From the NCBI GenBank assembly GCA_017469525.1, contig JAFUGG010000016.1, positions 77-64,076 of the forward strand: 64,000 nt of DNA, given 5' to 3'. This DNA comes from Bacteroidaceae bacterium. GTDB taxonomy: Bacteria; Bacteroidota; Bacteroidia; Bacteroidales; Bacteroidaceae. Every line of letters begins with the position of its first letter. Position 1 is the first letter of the stretch. This document shows positions 49,778-58,352 of the stretch, one piece after another. The notes under the pieces were generated by a model. The model saw only the letters and a program-made list of their open reading frames with translations. It was not told the DNA's origin and did no database searches. The translations under genes and the position numbers were made by a program.

Positions 49778-50675
49778 ATGAAGAATTTATTTTTTTTTAA
49801 TTGCGGCTCTTTGCATCACGTTTGCAAGCTGCAGTAACGAGAGTGAAGCAACAGTAGAGAATCTGACGGAGATAGGACTTGCACCCGTAACGGTGCAGGT
49901 GAGCGACTTCTCCATGTCTCAGGAGGACTTCTCGGACGGAACGACGAGAGCGGCATCTTCCGTGGCCGACTACACGGGAGTAAAGTCCATCACCCTGGCT
50001 TTCTTCAAGGCCGACGGCACGAAGCAGAGTGAACTGACACAGCTCCGCTCCGACGCCTCTACCTATGAGACCTTCGGCCAGTTTGCACTTGAGTTGCCAG
50101 TGGGCGGCTACAAGATGGTCGTCATTGCACATGCCAACGACATGGCCATCGTGCTGCCCAGCATGACGGAAGCAAACTTCGGCGAGGAGAAGACTCGCGA
50201 AACATTCTGCTACACGCAGGATGTCGTCATTAGCAATGCAACTCCCAACGCCTTCACCCCTACGCTCAACCGCATCAACTCACGTGTGTGCGCCATCTCT
50301 ACCGACCAGCGTCCGGCTGATGTAAATATCGTTCGCATTACATTCTCTGCAGGCAGTAAGAGTTTCAACCCGCTGACGGGACTGGCAACTGCAAATACAG
50401 GCTATACCAGCAGCATAGTTGTCAACACACCGCTTACTGACGTTGTGAAGACTCGTGCCGACATCTTCCTCACGACTGATGAGCAGACGATGGATGTCAC
50501 CATCGAGACGCTCGATGACAACGGCAATGTGCTCTTCAGCAAAGTCGTCAAAGACGTGCCCTTCAAGCGTAACCGCGCCACTTTACTCACAGGCTCGATG
50601 TACTCGCCCGGCAGTGTCTCTGCCTCGTTCTCTGTAGAGGCTGCCTGGCAGAATGATTACAACATTAACTTCTAA
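49778..50675 (+). pseudogene. Frameshifted lipoprotein gene (FimB/Mfa2-like fimbrial-anchor family, tentative)
   Basis: The ATG at 49778 encodes MKNLFFF and then goes out of frame at a T9 tract (49790-49798). The +1 frame continues IAALCITFASCSNE... into the 260-aa ORF that ends at 50675. Removing one T restores MKNLFFLIAALCITFASC (lipobox). Confidence 0.65.
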
Positions 50676-50677
50676 AC

Positions 50678-51577
50678 ATGGAGGAGCAGACTATGTTTAG
50701 AAGATTGATATCCCGCGGTTTCGTCAGCGCATTGGTGCTGATAGCCGCAATGGCGATGGTATCCTGCGAGAGAGTTGTGTCCTCTGACGGAGACGAAATC
50801 TCTGCCGACAAGAGCGGTAACCTGCGTGTTCGGGTGTTCCAGATAGACAAGACACCGTTCGCTGCTACGCGTGCCGCAGCTTCCGAGGCTTGCTCAAGGC
50901 TGAACTTCGCCATATATAATAATGATGGTTCGCGCGTGAAGCAACTGAATCAGCTCGCTACCGACAAGAACTTCGGCATGGCGTCGTTCCAACTCGACAA
51001 GGGCGACTACATGCTGGTGGTCGTGGGCCACAGTGCCAATGGTAACCCCACGATGACGAACGCTCAGAAAATCTCGTTCACCAATGCCCAGGGCTATACC
51101 GATACGTTCCTCGCCAGCGGCGACATTACTATCGGCGATGAACCCGAGGAGATGGACCTGACGCACGAACGCATCGTGGCGCTCTGCTGTTTCTGCATCA
51201 CCGACGACTTCCCAGCCGATGTGGCGAAGATGCAGTTCTACTACACAGGCGGCTCGGGTGCTTTCAGTGCCTACACGGGCCTGGGCAGCGTGAACAGCAA
51301 GCAGACGGTGACGTTCGATGTCTCCTCGGTAGCACAGAAGCAGTTCGACCTCTACACCTTCCTGCACGAACCGGCGGACAACATCGCCCTGAAGGTGACG
51401 GCATTCGATGCCGCAGGCAACACACTCTACGAGCGCGACTTCGATGTGCCGATGGAGCAGAACCACATCACATGGCTCGCAGGTGACTTTTTCAACGGCT
51501 CCGGCTCCTCATCGACCACAGTGACCGGCGTGACGGTGAATACCGACTGGGCCGGTGAGACGCATCTGACCTTCTAA
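50678..51577 (+). CDS. Lipoprotein paralogous to the preceding gene (FimB/Mfa2-like, tentative)
   Basis: The lipobox context is LIAAMAMVSC. The layout matches 49778-50675 (RVFQIDKT...LNFAIY...YMLVVVGH versus VQVSDFS...ITLAFF...YKMVVIAH). It starts 3 nt after the previous stop. Confidence 0.6.
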   Translation: MEEQTMFRRLISRGFVSALVLIAAMAMVSCERVVSSDGDEISADKSGNLRVRVFQIDKTPFAATRAAASEACSRLNFAIYNNDGSRVKQLNQLATDKNFGMASFQLDKGDYMLVVVGHSANGNPTMTNAQKISFTNAQGYTDTFLASGDITIGDEPEEMDLTHERIVALCCFCITDDFPADVAKMQFYYTGGSGAFSAYTGLGSVNSKQTVTFDVSSVAQKQFDLYTFLHEPADNIALKVTAFDAAGNTLYERDFDVPMEQNHITWLAGDFFNGSGSSSTTVTGVTVNTDWAGETHLTF

Positions 51578-51644
51578 GGCCTGACTTTATGGCAAGCCGA
51601 CCGGAAGGATGCAACGGATGCTTCCAGCCGGCTTCCGGGTCAGA

Positions 51645-51665
51645 GGGTCTGACCCCTTGACCCGT
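51645..51665. repeat. Right copy of the 21-bp inverted repeat flanking the two Mfa2-like genes
   Basis: GGGTCTGACCCCTTGACCCGT. It overlaps a local hairpin, GGGTCAGA-GGG-TCTGACCC, at 51637-51655. Confidence 0.8.
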
Positions 51666-51823
51666 GAAAAAGATGCCGGAAAGAGGCAAGAGCAAACAAA
51701 GATAATTCATAGAGAATTTATTAATTAATAGAACACACCTTAAGAGTTCTTGGACGAGCCAAGCGGCAAAGCCGAGCGAAGAGTGAAAAGGTAAAAGTTG
51801 TATTGCACCGAATTGGGGTAGAG

Positions 51824-51889
51824 ACAGATTTCTGTGATATCTGTGCTTTCTGTGAGACGAAACGAAATAAACAATAACGATAACGATAA
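51824..51889 (+). repeat. CTGTGA word repeats plus a wecB leader copy (AACGAAATAAACAATAACGATAACGATAA)
   Basis: ACAGATTTCTGTGATATCTGTGCTTTCTGTGAGAC resembles 48523-48551. The leader at 51861-51889 is repeated at 62228-62257 with a one-base difference. Confidence 0.75.
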
Positions 51890-52411
51890 ACGCAAGCTGG
51901 TGCTGATAACCGGTCACCGCCGCGAGAACTTCGGCGAAGGCTTCATTTCGATGGTCACGGCAATGAAAGACCTCAGCGAGAAATACCCCGACGTGGACTT
52001 CGTCTATCCGATGCACCTCAATCCCAACGTGCGCAAGCCCATCCACGAGGTGTTCGGCGAAGACCTCACCAAGTACAGCAACTTCTTCTTCATTGAGCCG
52101 CTGCAGTACCTGGGGTTCGTCTATCTGATGGAGAAGTCCACCGTCGTCCTCACCGACAGCGGCGGCATCCAGGAAGAGGCCCCCGGCCTGGGCAAGCCCG
52201 TCCTCGTGATGCGTGACACCACCGAGCGTCCCGAAGCCTTCAAGAGCGGCACCGTCCACCTCGTCGGCACCAACCACGACCTCATCGTCAGCGAAGTCAG
52301 CACCCTCCTCGACGACCCGCAGGCCTACGTGCGTATGTCCAAGGCCGTCAACCCTACGGCGACGGCAAAGCCTGCAGCCGCATCGTCCGGGCGCTCAAGG
52401 CTGCGAATTAG
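51888..52411 (+). pseudogene. wecB: UDP-GlcNAc 2-epimerase (WecB) remnant: N-terminal half deleted and a 3' frameshift
   Basis: It starts at KRKLVLITGHRRENFGEG, which is mid-protein, directly after the leader. It contains DSGGIQEEAPGLGKPVLVMRDTTERPE. At 52353-52357 one base is missing, so NPYGDGKACSRIVRALKAAN-stop is read in another frame and ends at 52411. Confidence 0.8.
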
Positions 52412-52639
52412 CGAGAGGAGAGCCGAACTTGTTTGAGCTATCCCGAGCGTGAGCAGACTCGACAATAGTCAAGGACGAGCAGGTGGATAGATACGAAGTG
52501 AAATAGGACCTCCTTACATCCTCCTTGGGTGTTCCTTAAGTTTTCCTATAGTCTCCTTTGAACTACAAGCAACATAATTGGTGAGAAGTTAAGAAAAATA
52601 AAAGTTGCTAACGGATGCGATTTTGTTGCCGCAAAACGT

Positions 52640-52647
52640 TACCTTTG
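52640..52647 (+). promoter_or_regulatory. Bacteroidota -7 box (TACCTTTG) of the PtuA-led operon
   Basis: A TAnnTTTG match lies 31 nt upstream of the ATG at 52678. Confidence 0.5.
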
Positions 52648-52677
52648 TAGAAAAACATATATTATAGTTTAAGTGTT

Positions 52678-53904
52678 ATGCTGATAACCGGAATCGAAAT
52701 ACACAACTTTAGAGGCATCAGAGAATTGTCTATATTGGATTTTGACCGCCATGCAAATCTCTTTGTTGGAAAGAACGGTGCGGGCAAGTCTTCGCTCCTT
52801 GATGCCATATCCAATGTAATGTCCTGGTTTGTGGCGCGTATGCTTTCAACTACGGGTCGCGGACGAGACATTGCCGTCAACGATATAGGCTTCCGTTCCA
52901 GGGAAGGTTCTGTTATCAGATTACAGATAGACGGCGGCGAGTGGAGCAGTCTATACCGCAGCAAGGAGATGAAGAAGGATGGAAAGTCGGATTTGTCACC
53001 ACTAAATGCCGTAGTAAAGACCTTACGTGAGAATATTGAAGATAATCCACGTACGTCAGTACCAATATACGTTCATTATGGTGTTGGACGAGTAGTGGCG
53101 GACATCCCTCTGCGAATCAGGAAGAATCCCAGACGGGATGTTACCAATGCATACGTTGAAGCACTGGAGAGTAGTGCTTCATTTCGTGACTTTTTCGCAT
53201 GGTTCCGTGAACAGGAAGACCTGGAAAACGAACATATCCGTGAAAACCCGCATTATCGTGACCGTGGGATGGAGGCCATCCGCGATGCAATGTCAAAGAT
53301 ATTCTCGGAATTCAGTGAGATGCGTGTGCGCCGCAGTCCTCGCTCCATACAGATAAAAAAGGAAGGGGAAGTACTGCGACTTGAGCAGTTGTCCGACGGG
53401 GAGAAATGCTATATCGCCTTGGTGTGCGATTTGACAAGGCGTCTTACCATTGCGAATCCGGGACTTGAGAACCCACTGGACGGGGCCGGTGTCGTACTCA
53501 TCGACGAGATAGACCTACACCTCCACCCTGAGTGGCAAATGGATGTGGTGTCGAGGCTTATTACCACATTCCGTAATTGTCAGTTCTTTGTGACGACTCA
53601 CTCCCCGATAGTAGCGTCCGACGTGAAAGGACGCGTTTTTGTCATGGAAGATGGTCAGGCATACCCGCGTGTCACTTATGGCAAGGATAGTGAACAGATT
53701 CTCGCTTCCGCATTCGGTGTGGCAAATCCCAGAAACAAGACTGTTCAAGGTATGATAGACAATGCTTACAAGGCCATACGTGAAGGTAGTATGGAAGTTG
53801 CGAAGGACATTCTGGCGGAAATCGTATCTGCTGTTGGACAGGATGATCCAGTTGTGAGTGGTATAAAGTTGGAAATGGCTCGCAAGAGTAGGGGAGGAAG
53901 ATGA
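52678..53904 (+). CDS. ABC/SMC-like AAA ATPase, PtuA-like (Septu-type)
   Basis: Walker A GKNGAGKSS, signature-like LSDGEK, Walker B VVLIDEIDLHLHP and H-loop TTHSP. An HNH partner gene follows. Confidence 0.8.
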   Translation: MLITGIEIHNFRGIRELSILDFDRHANLFVGKNGAGKSSLLDAISNVMSWFVARMLSTTGRGRDIAVNDIGFRSREGSVIRLQIDGGEWSSLYRSKEMKKDGKSDLSPLNAVVKTLRENIEDNPRTSVPIYVHYGVGRVVADIPLRIRKNPRRDVTNAYVEALESSASFRDFFAWFREQEDLENEHIRENPHYRDRGMEAIRDAMSKIFSEFSEMRVRRSPRSIQIKKEGEVLRLEQLSDGEKCYIALVCDLTRRLTIANPGLENPLDGAGVVLIDEIDLHLHPEWQMDVVSRLITTFRNCQFFVTTHSPIVASDVKGRVFVMEDGQAYPRVTYGKDSEQILASAFGVANPRNKTVQGMIDNAYKAIREGSMEVAKDILAEIVSAVGQDDPVVSGIKLEMARKSRGGR

Positions 53905-54533
53905 GAACGATAATTAAAAATGAGGCACCAGCCTGCCTCTCCGAAGCAGAGAAGAAGGGATGGAAATGGGACGAGTTTGTTCTAAATGACCGTCTTGGCT
54001 ATCAGACCTGTCGTCAGCAGGCGTATGACGAGCAATCCGGTGTATGTGCTTACACCGAGTTGCCACTTGATTCGGCGAGGTCAACCATCCATCTCGACCA
54101 TTTCAGGCGGAAAGGCATTTATCAGCGTCTCCGGTTCGAGTGGAACAACCTGTTTGCCGCTGTCAAGGACAACCGTTTCGGGTCGGATTATAAAGACAAT
54201 ATCGTCAAAAGCAACAACGAGCAAAAGATATACAACGTAATTCTCAGCCCGTTAGTGCCTCAACTTCAACGGTATTTCCACTATGCTACCAATGGCGAGG
54301 TAGAGCCTTCATCAGAATTGTCAGATGATGATAAGGAAAGGGCAAAGGCTACCATCGATATCTTTCATTTGAACGAAAGTGAATTGGTCAGTCGTCGTAG
54401 AACTATGATGGTGCAGATTTCCACTTACCATGATTTACCCGAGGAAACCATCCGCCAGAGTTTTGTCGGCGCAGGTTTTCCGTCGGTCGTGGATCAGGAG
54501 GTTGGTTTTATGATTTTAGGACATGAAGCGTAA
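53901..54533 (+). CDS. HNH-type nuclease, PtuB-like (TIGR02646-like)
   Basis: CAYTE...IHLDHFRRK...WNNLFAAV...N..K is an HNH core arrangement. The ATGA overlap with the ATPase gene suggests translational coupling. Confidence 0.7.
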   Translation: MRTIIKNEAPACLSEAEKKGWKWDEFVLNDRLGYQTCRQQAYDEQSGVCAYTELPLDSARSTIHLDHFRRKGIYQRLRFEWNNLFAAVKDNRFGSDYKDNIVKSNNEQKIYNVILSPLVPQLQRYFHYATNGEVEPSSELSDDDKERAKATIDIFHLNESELVSRRRTMMVQISTYHDLPEETIRQSFVGAGFPSVVDQEVGFMILGHEA

Positions 54534-56544
54534 ATTATCCACAAGCAGCAGAAGCGTACTTAATTCCGGATTGACCGAGGATTATAAAAAGGCGATTGCT
54601 GAGTATATCTGGAACGGATTCGATGCCGGTGCAACCTGTGTTGAGATTCGTTACACTGCCAATCCGCTAGGCGGAGTAGATGATTTGTGGGTTATCGACA
54701 ATGGCAGTGGTATCAACTATGGTACTCTTGATCTGACATTCGGAGCTTTTCTTGACTCTAATAAGATACAGTCCTTTCAGCGTTCTTCTGAGGTGAGAGG
54801 CAGAAAAGGAAAAGGGCGTTTTTCATACAATGTCATATCGGGCGGTGCTTCATGGCAAACAAAGTACAAGGATGACGAGGGAGTTCTCAAACAATATGAA
54901 ATTAAAATTTATTCATCTGACAGATCCGAGTATGATGCATCAGAGCCAGAATCTGTGCTTGTAGCGGAAGGACAGGAAACAGGCACTGCCGTTCATTTCC
55001 TTGATATGCGTTCTAATCTTGTCGAGGATGATTTGACAAGCGATTCTTTCTGCAATTACTTGTCAAGCGAGTTCGCATGGTTCTTGGAATTGAACAAGTC
55101 AAAAGGATATGCTATCAAGATTGAAGGTGTTGTTTTGGATTATCGGAATCTGATAGGAGAGACGGAAGAACAAACTATAGAAATTGGAGAAGAATCCTTT
55201 AGAATCAACTTTATCCGCTGGTCGCGGAAAATAGGTGATAAGTACTATTATTACCTGATGAATTCCAATCTACGGGAAGTTTGTAAGGTCTTGACCTCAT
55301 TTAATAACAAGTCCACAACTTTCCATCATAGCGTTTACGTCACCTCTCAGTATTTTAACAAGTTCGAGTGGGATAAGGAACCTGGTGCTCGTCTTGATGG
55401 ACTCTACAATCAGAGCCATGAGGCTTATGAGGCTTATAAGACTCTGATGAAACGCCTGCGTGCTTATCTGTCTAAGAAAGAGAAGGAGTATATACGAGCA
55501 GTTGGAGCAGCCCAACTGATAGCACAGTATGAGAAAGATGGCATTCTGCCTAAGTTTTCCGATGACAAATATGGAAAGGCACGAAAAAAAGATTTGGTGG
55601 AAGCCATACAAGGTATCTACGCTGTGCAACCCAAGATTTTCTTGAAACTTGCTACCGAACAATGCAAAACTATGGTGGGTTTTTTGAACCTGCTTCTTGA
55701 CTCTAATGAGCGAAACAACGTAATAACTATCATTGAAAGTGTTGTTCACTTAACGCCAGAGGAACGGGAAGAGTTGGCTGCCACTTTGCGTACTACAACG
55801 CTAAGTCGTATCAATTCTGCTATCAGTCTGGTTAAAAATCGCCTTATTGTTATTGAGGGACTTAAGAAGTTGGTTACGGACAACGAGAAGTTCACAACAG
55901 AACGTGACCATATTCAGAAGATAATTGAAGAGAATTACTGGCTGTTTGGAGAACAGTTTAATCTTGTAACCGCAGACAAGCCCTTCACAGCAGCTCTAAT
56001 GGAATTTACTTACTTACTGGATGGTAAAGTTGAGAAAGGAAGTTTCACGGCAGAAGATGCTCGTCGCAGACCGGATATCTTCATATGTAGAGGACAGGCT
56101 TTGCCAGGTTACCAATATTCTTCTTTCCTTGAAGAGCAGATTATAGTGGAGTTGAAGAGACCTTCCGTTGTGATCGGAACCACGCAGTTGAGGCAGATAC
56201 AAGACTACCGTGATATTATTCTGAAAGAGCCGACTTTTAATTCTCAGATGCGGAGATGGAAGTTCATAGTTGTGGGGAAAGAAGTTGATGAATCTGTAAA
56301 AAACGAGTACAAATCATTTGCCGACAAAAACCGGCCAATGCTTGTTCATTATAGAGAGAATTTTGAAATATATGCCATGACATGGGATGATGTGTTCGTG
56401 ACATTCGAGCACCGTGAGAATTTTATCCTTGAGAAACTCCAATTTGACAAGCAAATGATTCATAATGAAGTTGAGGCTTATGCTAAGTCAAGAGAGGGTT
56501 CTGATGCATTAACGAAGGACATCTTGAGTTTGAATACCAAATAA
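54523..56544 (+). CDS. GHKL (Bergerat-fold) ATPase fused to a C-terminal PD-(D/E)xK nuclease (Shedu/DUF4263-like)
   Basis: N-terminal motifs are EYIWNGFDAGAT (ExxxNxxDA), VIDNGSGI (DxGxG) and GRKGKGRFS (Gly-rich lid). The C-terminal motifs are NYWLFGEQF, RRPDIFIC and IIVELKRP (D...ExK). It overlaps the HNH gene by 11 nt. Confidence 0.7.
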   Translation: MKRKLSTSSRSVLNSGLTEDYKKAIAEYIWNGFDAGATCVEIRYTANPLGGVDDLWVIDNGSGINYGTLDLTFGAFLDSNKIQSFQRSSEVRGRKGKGRFSYNVISGGASWQTKYKDDEGVLKQYEIKIYSSDRSEYDASEPESVLVAEGQETGTAVHFLDMRSNLVEDDLTSDSFCNYLSSEFAWFLELNKSKGYAIKIEGVVLDYRNLIGETEEQTIEIGEESFRINFIRWSRKIGDKYYYYLMNSNLREVCKVLTSFNNKSTTFHHSVYVTSQYFNKFEWDKEPGARLDGLYNQSHEAYEAYKTLMKRLRAYLSKKEKEYIRAVGAAQLIAQYEKDGILPKFSDDKYGKARKKDLVEAIQGIYAVQPKIFLKLATEQCKTMVGFLNLLLDSNERNNVITIIESVVHLTPEEREELAATLRTTTLSRINSAISLVKNRLIVIEGLKKLVTDNEKFTTERDHIQKIIEENYWLFGEQFNLVTADKPFTAALMEFTYLLDGKVEKGSFTAEDARRRPDIFICRGQALPGYQYSSFLEEQIIVELKRPSVVIGTTQLRQIQDYRDIILKEPTFNSQMRRWKFIVVGKEVDESVKNEYKSFADKNRPMLVHYRENFEIYAMTWDDVFVTFEHRENFILEKLQFDKQMIHNEVEAYAKSREGSDALTKDILSLNTK

Positions 56545-56561
56545 TTTACTTTGATATCGCA

Positions 56562-57023
56562 ATGTCTCCCGAGGATATAATAGCATTACTTTCAGTACTA
56601 TTATCAGCCATTGTTGCTGTTGCTGGCATTGTCATTGCGCGACAGTCGGAGAAATTGCGGACAATGAGAAAACAACTCTCCGAGAAGAAGTGTGAAGCCT
56701 ATGCAGATGCGGTGGAATTATTCTATTCTTTATTGAAGGATTCAAAATCTCATCGTGTAACTAACAACGACAAGATGATGCAGAAGATGATTGATATCAA
56801 ACGAGACATCTTTATGTATGGTTCTGATAAGGTGTTTAGAGCGTTCAATACTTGGTTACTGTACACAACAAAGAATAACGATAAAGCTCAGTTTGCTGCT
56901 TTTTTGGATTTCGTTTTGGAGATGCGAAAGGACTTGTGTAATAACAAAACAAGATTGACCAAACAAGATATACTCCTGAACCTTACTCAAAGCGAAGAAG
57001 AAGTTAGAAAACTAAATAATTAA
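56562..57023 (+). CDS. Small membrane-anchored helical protein (unknown function)
   Basis: 153 aa with one N-terminal TM segment (IIALLSVLLSAIVAVAGIVIA) and a helical cytoplasmic part. It starts 17 nt after the previous stop. Confidence 0.55.
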   Translation: MSPEDIIALLSVLLSAIVAVAGIVIARQSEKLRTMRKQLSEKKCEAYADAVELFYSLLKDSKSHRVTNNDKMMQKMIDIKRDIFMYGSDKVFRAFNTWLLYTTKNNDKAQFAAFLDFVLEMRKDLCNNKTRLTKQDILLNLTQSEEEVRKLNN

Positions 57024-57025
57024 GT

Positions 57026-57430
57026 ATGTCTATGCTCACTACCTTTCAACAACAATACATAGCCCAGTGGCATGATGGGTTCATGAGTTACGTCGGAAGT
57101 TTGCTCGGGGTGATTGCCGGACTTGTGACAAGACCTGAGGCGACGCGCGAAGATAAGGAGGCGCTGGAAGCTGTAAAGATGATGCTGACAGGCAAGGATG
57201 CTGAGGATGTGGAGCGGGATTTGTCCTCAGGCATCATTAAGAAGAGTACACTGGATAAGATAGAAAAGATCAATGGGGATTTGGTTGACACTTGCCTGGC
57301 GCATATTCAGATGAATCCCTTGGTACGGGAGTTCTGTAAGCAAATGATGCATATCCAGATAACTCACAATAGAAGAGCTGAAGCGATGAGGCTACAGGCA
57401 TTGCATATACCGATTATTGAGAATCTGTAG
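57026..57430 (+). CDS. Small hypothetical protein (unknown function)
   Basis: 134 aa with one hydrophobic segment (YVGSLLGVIAGLV). It starts 2 nt after the previous stop and is the last gene of the AT-rich operon. Confidence 0.5.
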   Translation: MSMLTTFQQQYIAQWHDGFMSYVGSLLGVIAGLVTRPEATREDKEALEAVKMMLTGKDAEDVERDLSSGIIKKSTLDKIEKINGDLVDTCLAHIQMNPLVREFCKQMMHIQITHNRRAEAMRLQALHIPIIENL

Positions 57431-57686
57431 ATAAAAATCACTTGACGAGTGATCAATTGCTGTTTATAGGCGAAAACTGGCATCAACTTCCTTGTTTTGA
57501 ACAAGTTTACAGTCCTCTGGCGAAAAGGTCGGTTGTGACGGTTATATAATGGGTGAAGCGAGTGGCTTCGCTAATAAGTTCATTGGTGGATGCAGCCCGA
57601 GTTCAGGCCAGTTTGGGCTGCCCTCTTTTCTCGAGCGGGAAAGAGGTTCTCGAGAAAAAACAGAAAAAAACGAAAAAAATTGGCTT

Positions 57687-57718
57687 GATGGAGAAAAGCT
57701 GATTTTCGGCGGTTAATA
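57687..57718 (+). repeat. Copy A of a 32-nt element ending GGCGGTTAATA
   Basis: GATGGAGAAAAGCTGATTTTCGGCGGTTAATA matches 59618-59649 at 26 of 32 positions. It lies 73 nt upstream of the ATG at 57791. Confidence 0.7.
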
Positions 57719-57790
57719 CATAAGTGTGAGACGTAAGTCTTGCGAGAGTCAACTAAAGTTTAAGTAAACACTTTAAAATGATGAAAAATT

Positions 57791-58342
57791 ATGTTAGACC
57801 GTTTGAAACAACTGGAAAAACTTGACCGCGTTACCGAGGCGGAGTGGCGGGAGGCGCTATCGGCGCTGACCGCCTGGATTGCCTGGCGGCTCCGGGGCAA
57901 AACGAGCTACGGAGCCCATTCGGAAGAGGAGTTGGGGATGCCCGCTGCGGATTATTACATAGGCGAGGCCGTGATGCGGCTCTTTGAGTGCCGCTGGGAA
58001 TGGCAGGACCGCTTCTCTCTGAAGGATCAACTTATCAGGATGGTAGGCAGCCTTATCGACACGCAGCTGAAGGCCTATCAGCTGAAGGTGGAAGAGGGTC
58101 GGTGCTCTACGGGCGAAGTGGATGCGTCCACGCTCTCCGACAGCCTGCCCGACGATGACTACACACTGGACGTGGCCTATGAGATAGCGCAAGCTAAAGT
58201 GAAGGGCGACAATGAGCTGGAGTCTTTCCTCGATGCTATCAGGACGTTCAATGATTTCAAAGCTATCAGCTCGCATTTAAACATCACAATTGATCAAGTC
58301 TATAACCTGCAGAAAAGGCTTATGCGGAGACTTGGAAAGTAA
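57791..58342 (+). CDS. Hypothetical protein with C-terminal HTH (sigma-70 region-4-like)
   Basis: 183 aa. The C-terminus FKAISSHLNITIDQVYNLQKRLMRRL resembles a region-4 helix-turn-helix. I could not recognise a region-2 motif. Confidence 0.5.
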   Translation: MLDRLKQLEKLDRVTEAEWREALSALTAWIAWRLRGKTSYGAHSEEELGMPAADYYIGEAVMRLFECRWEWQDRFSLKDQLIRMVGSLIDTQLKAYQLKVEEGRCSTGEVDASTLSDSLPDDDYTLDVAYEIAQAKVKGDNELESFLDAIRTFNDFKAISSHLNITIDQVYNLQKRLMRRLGK

Positions 58343-58352
58343 ATCAAGAATA

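Noticed and set aside
57431-57790. A 360-nt non-coding region with several hairpins, considered as a retron msr/msd because PtuAB pairs can be retron effectors.
   Set aside because: No reverse-transcriptase ORF exists in or near the operon, and no a1/a2 inverted-repeat pair typical of retron ncRNA is evident. The region more likely combines a terminator, a junction between blocks of different composition, and the promoter of the next module.
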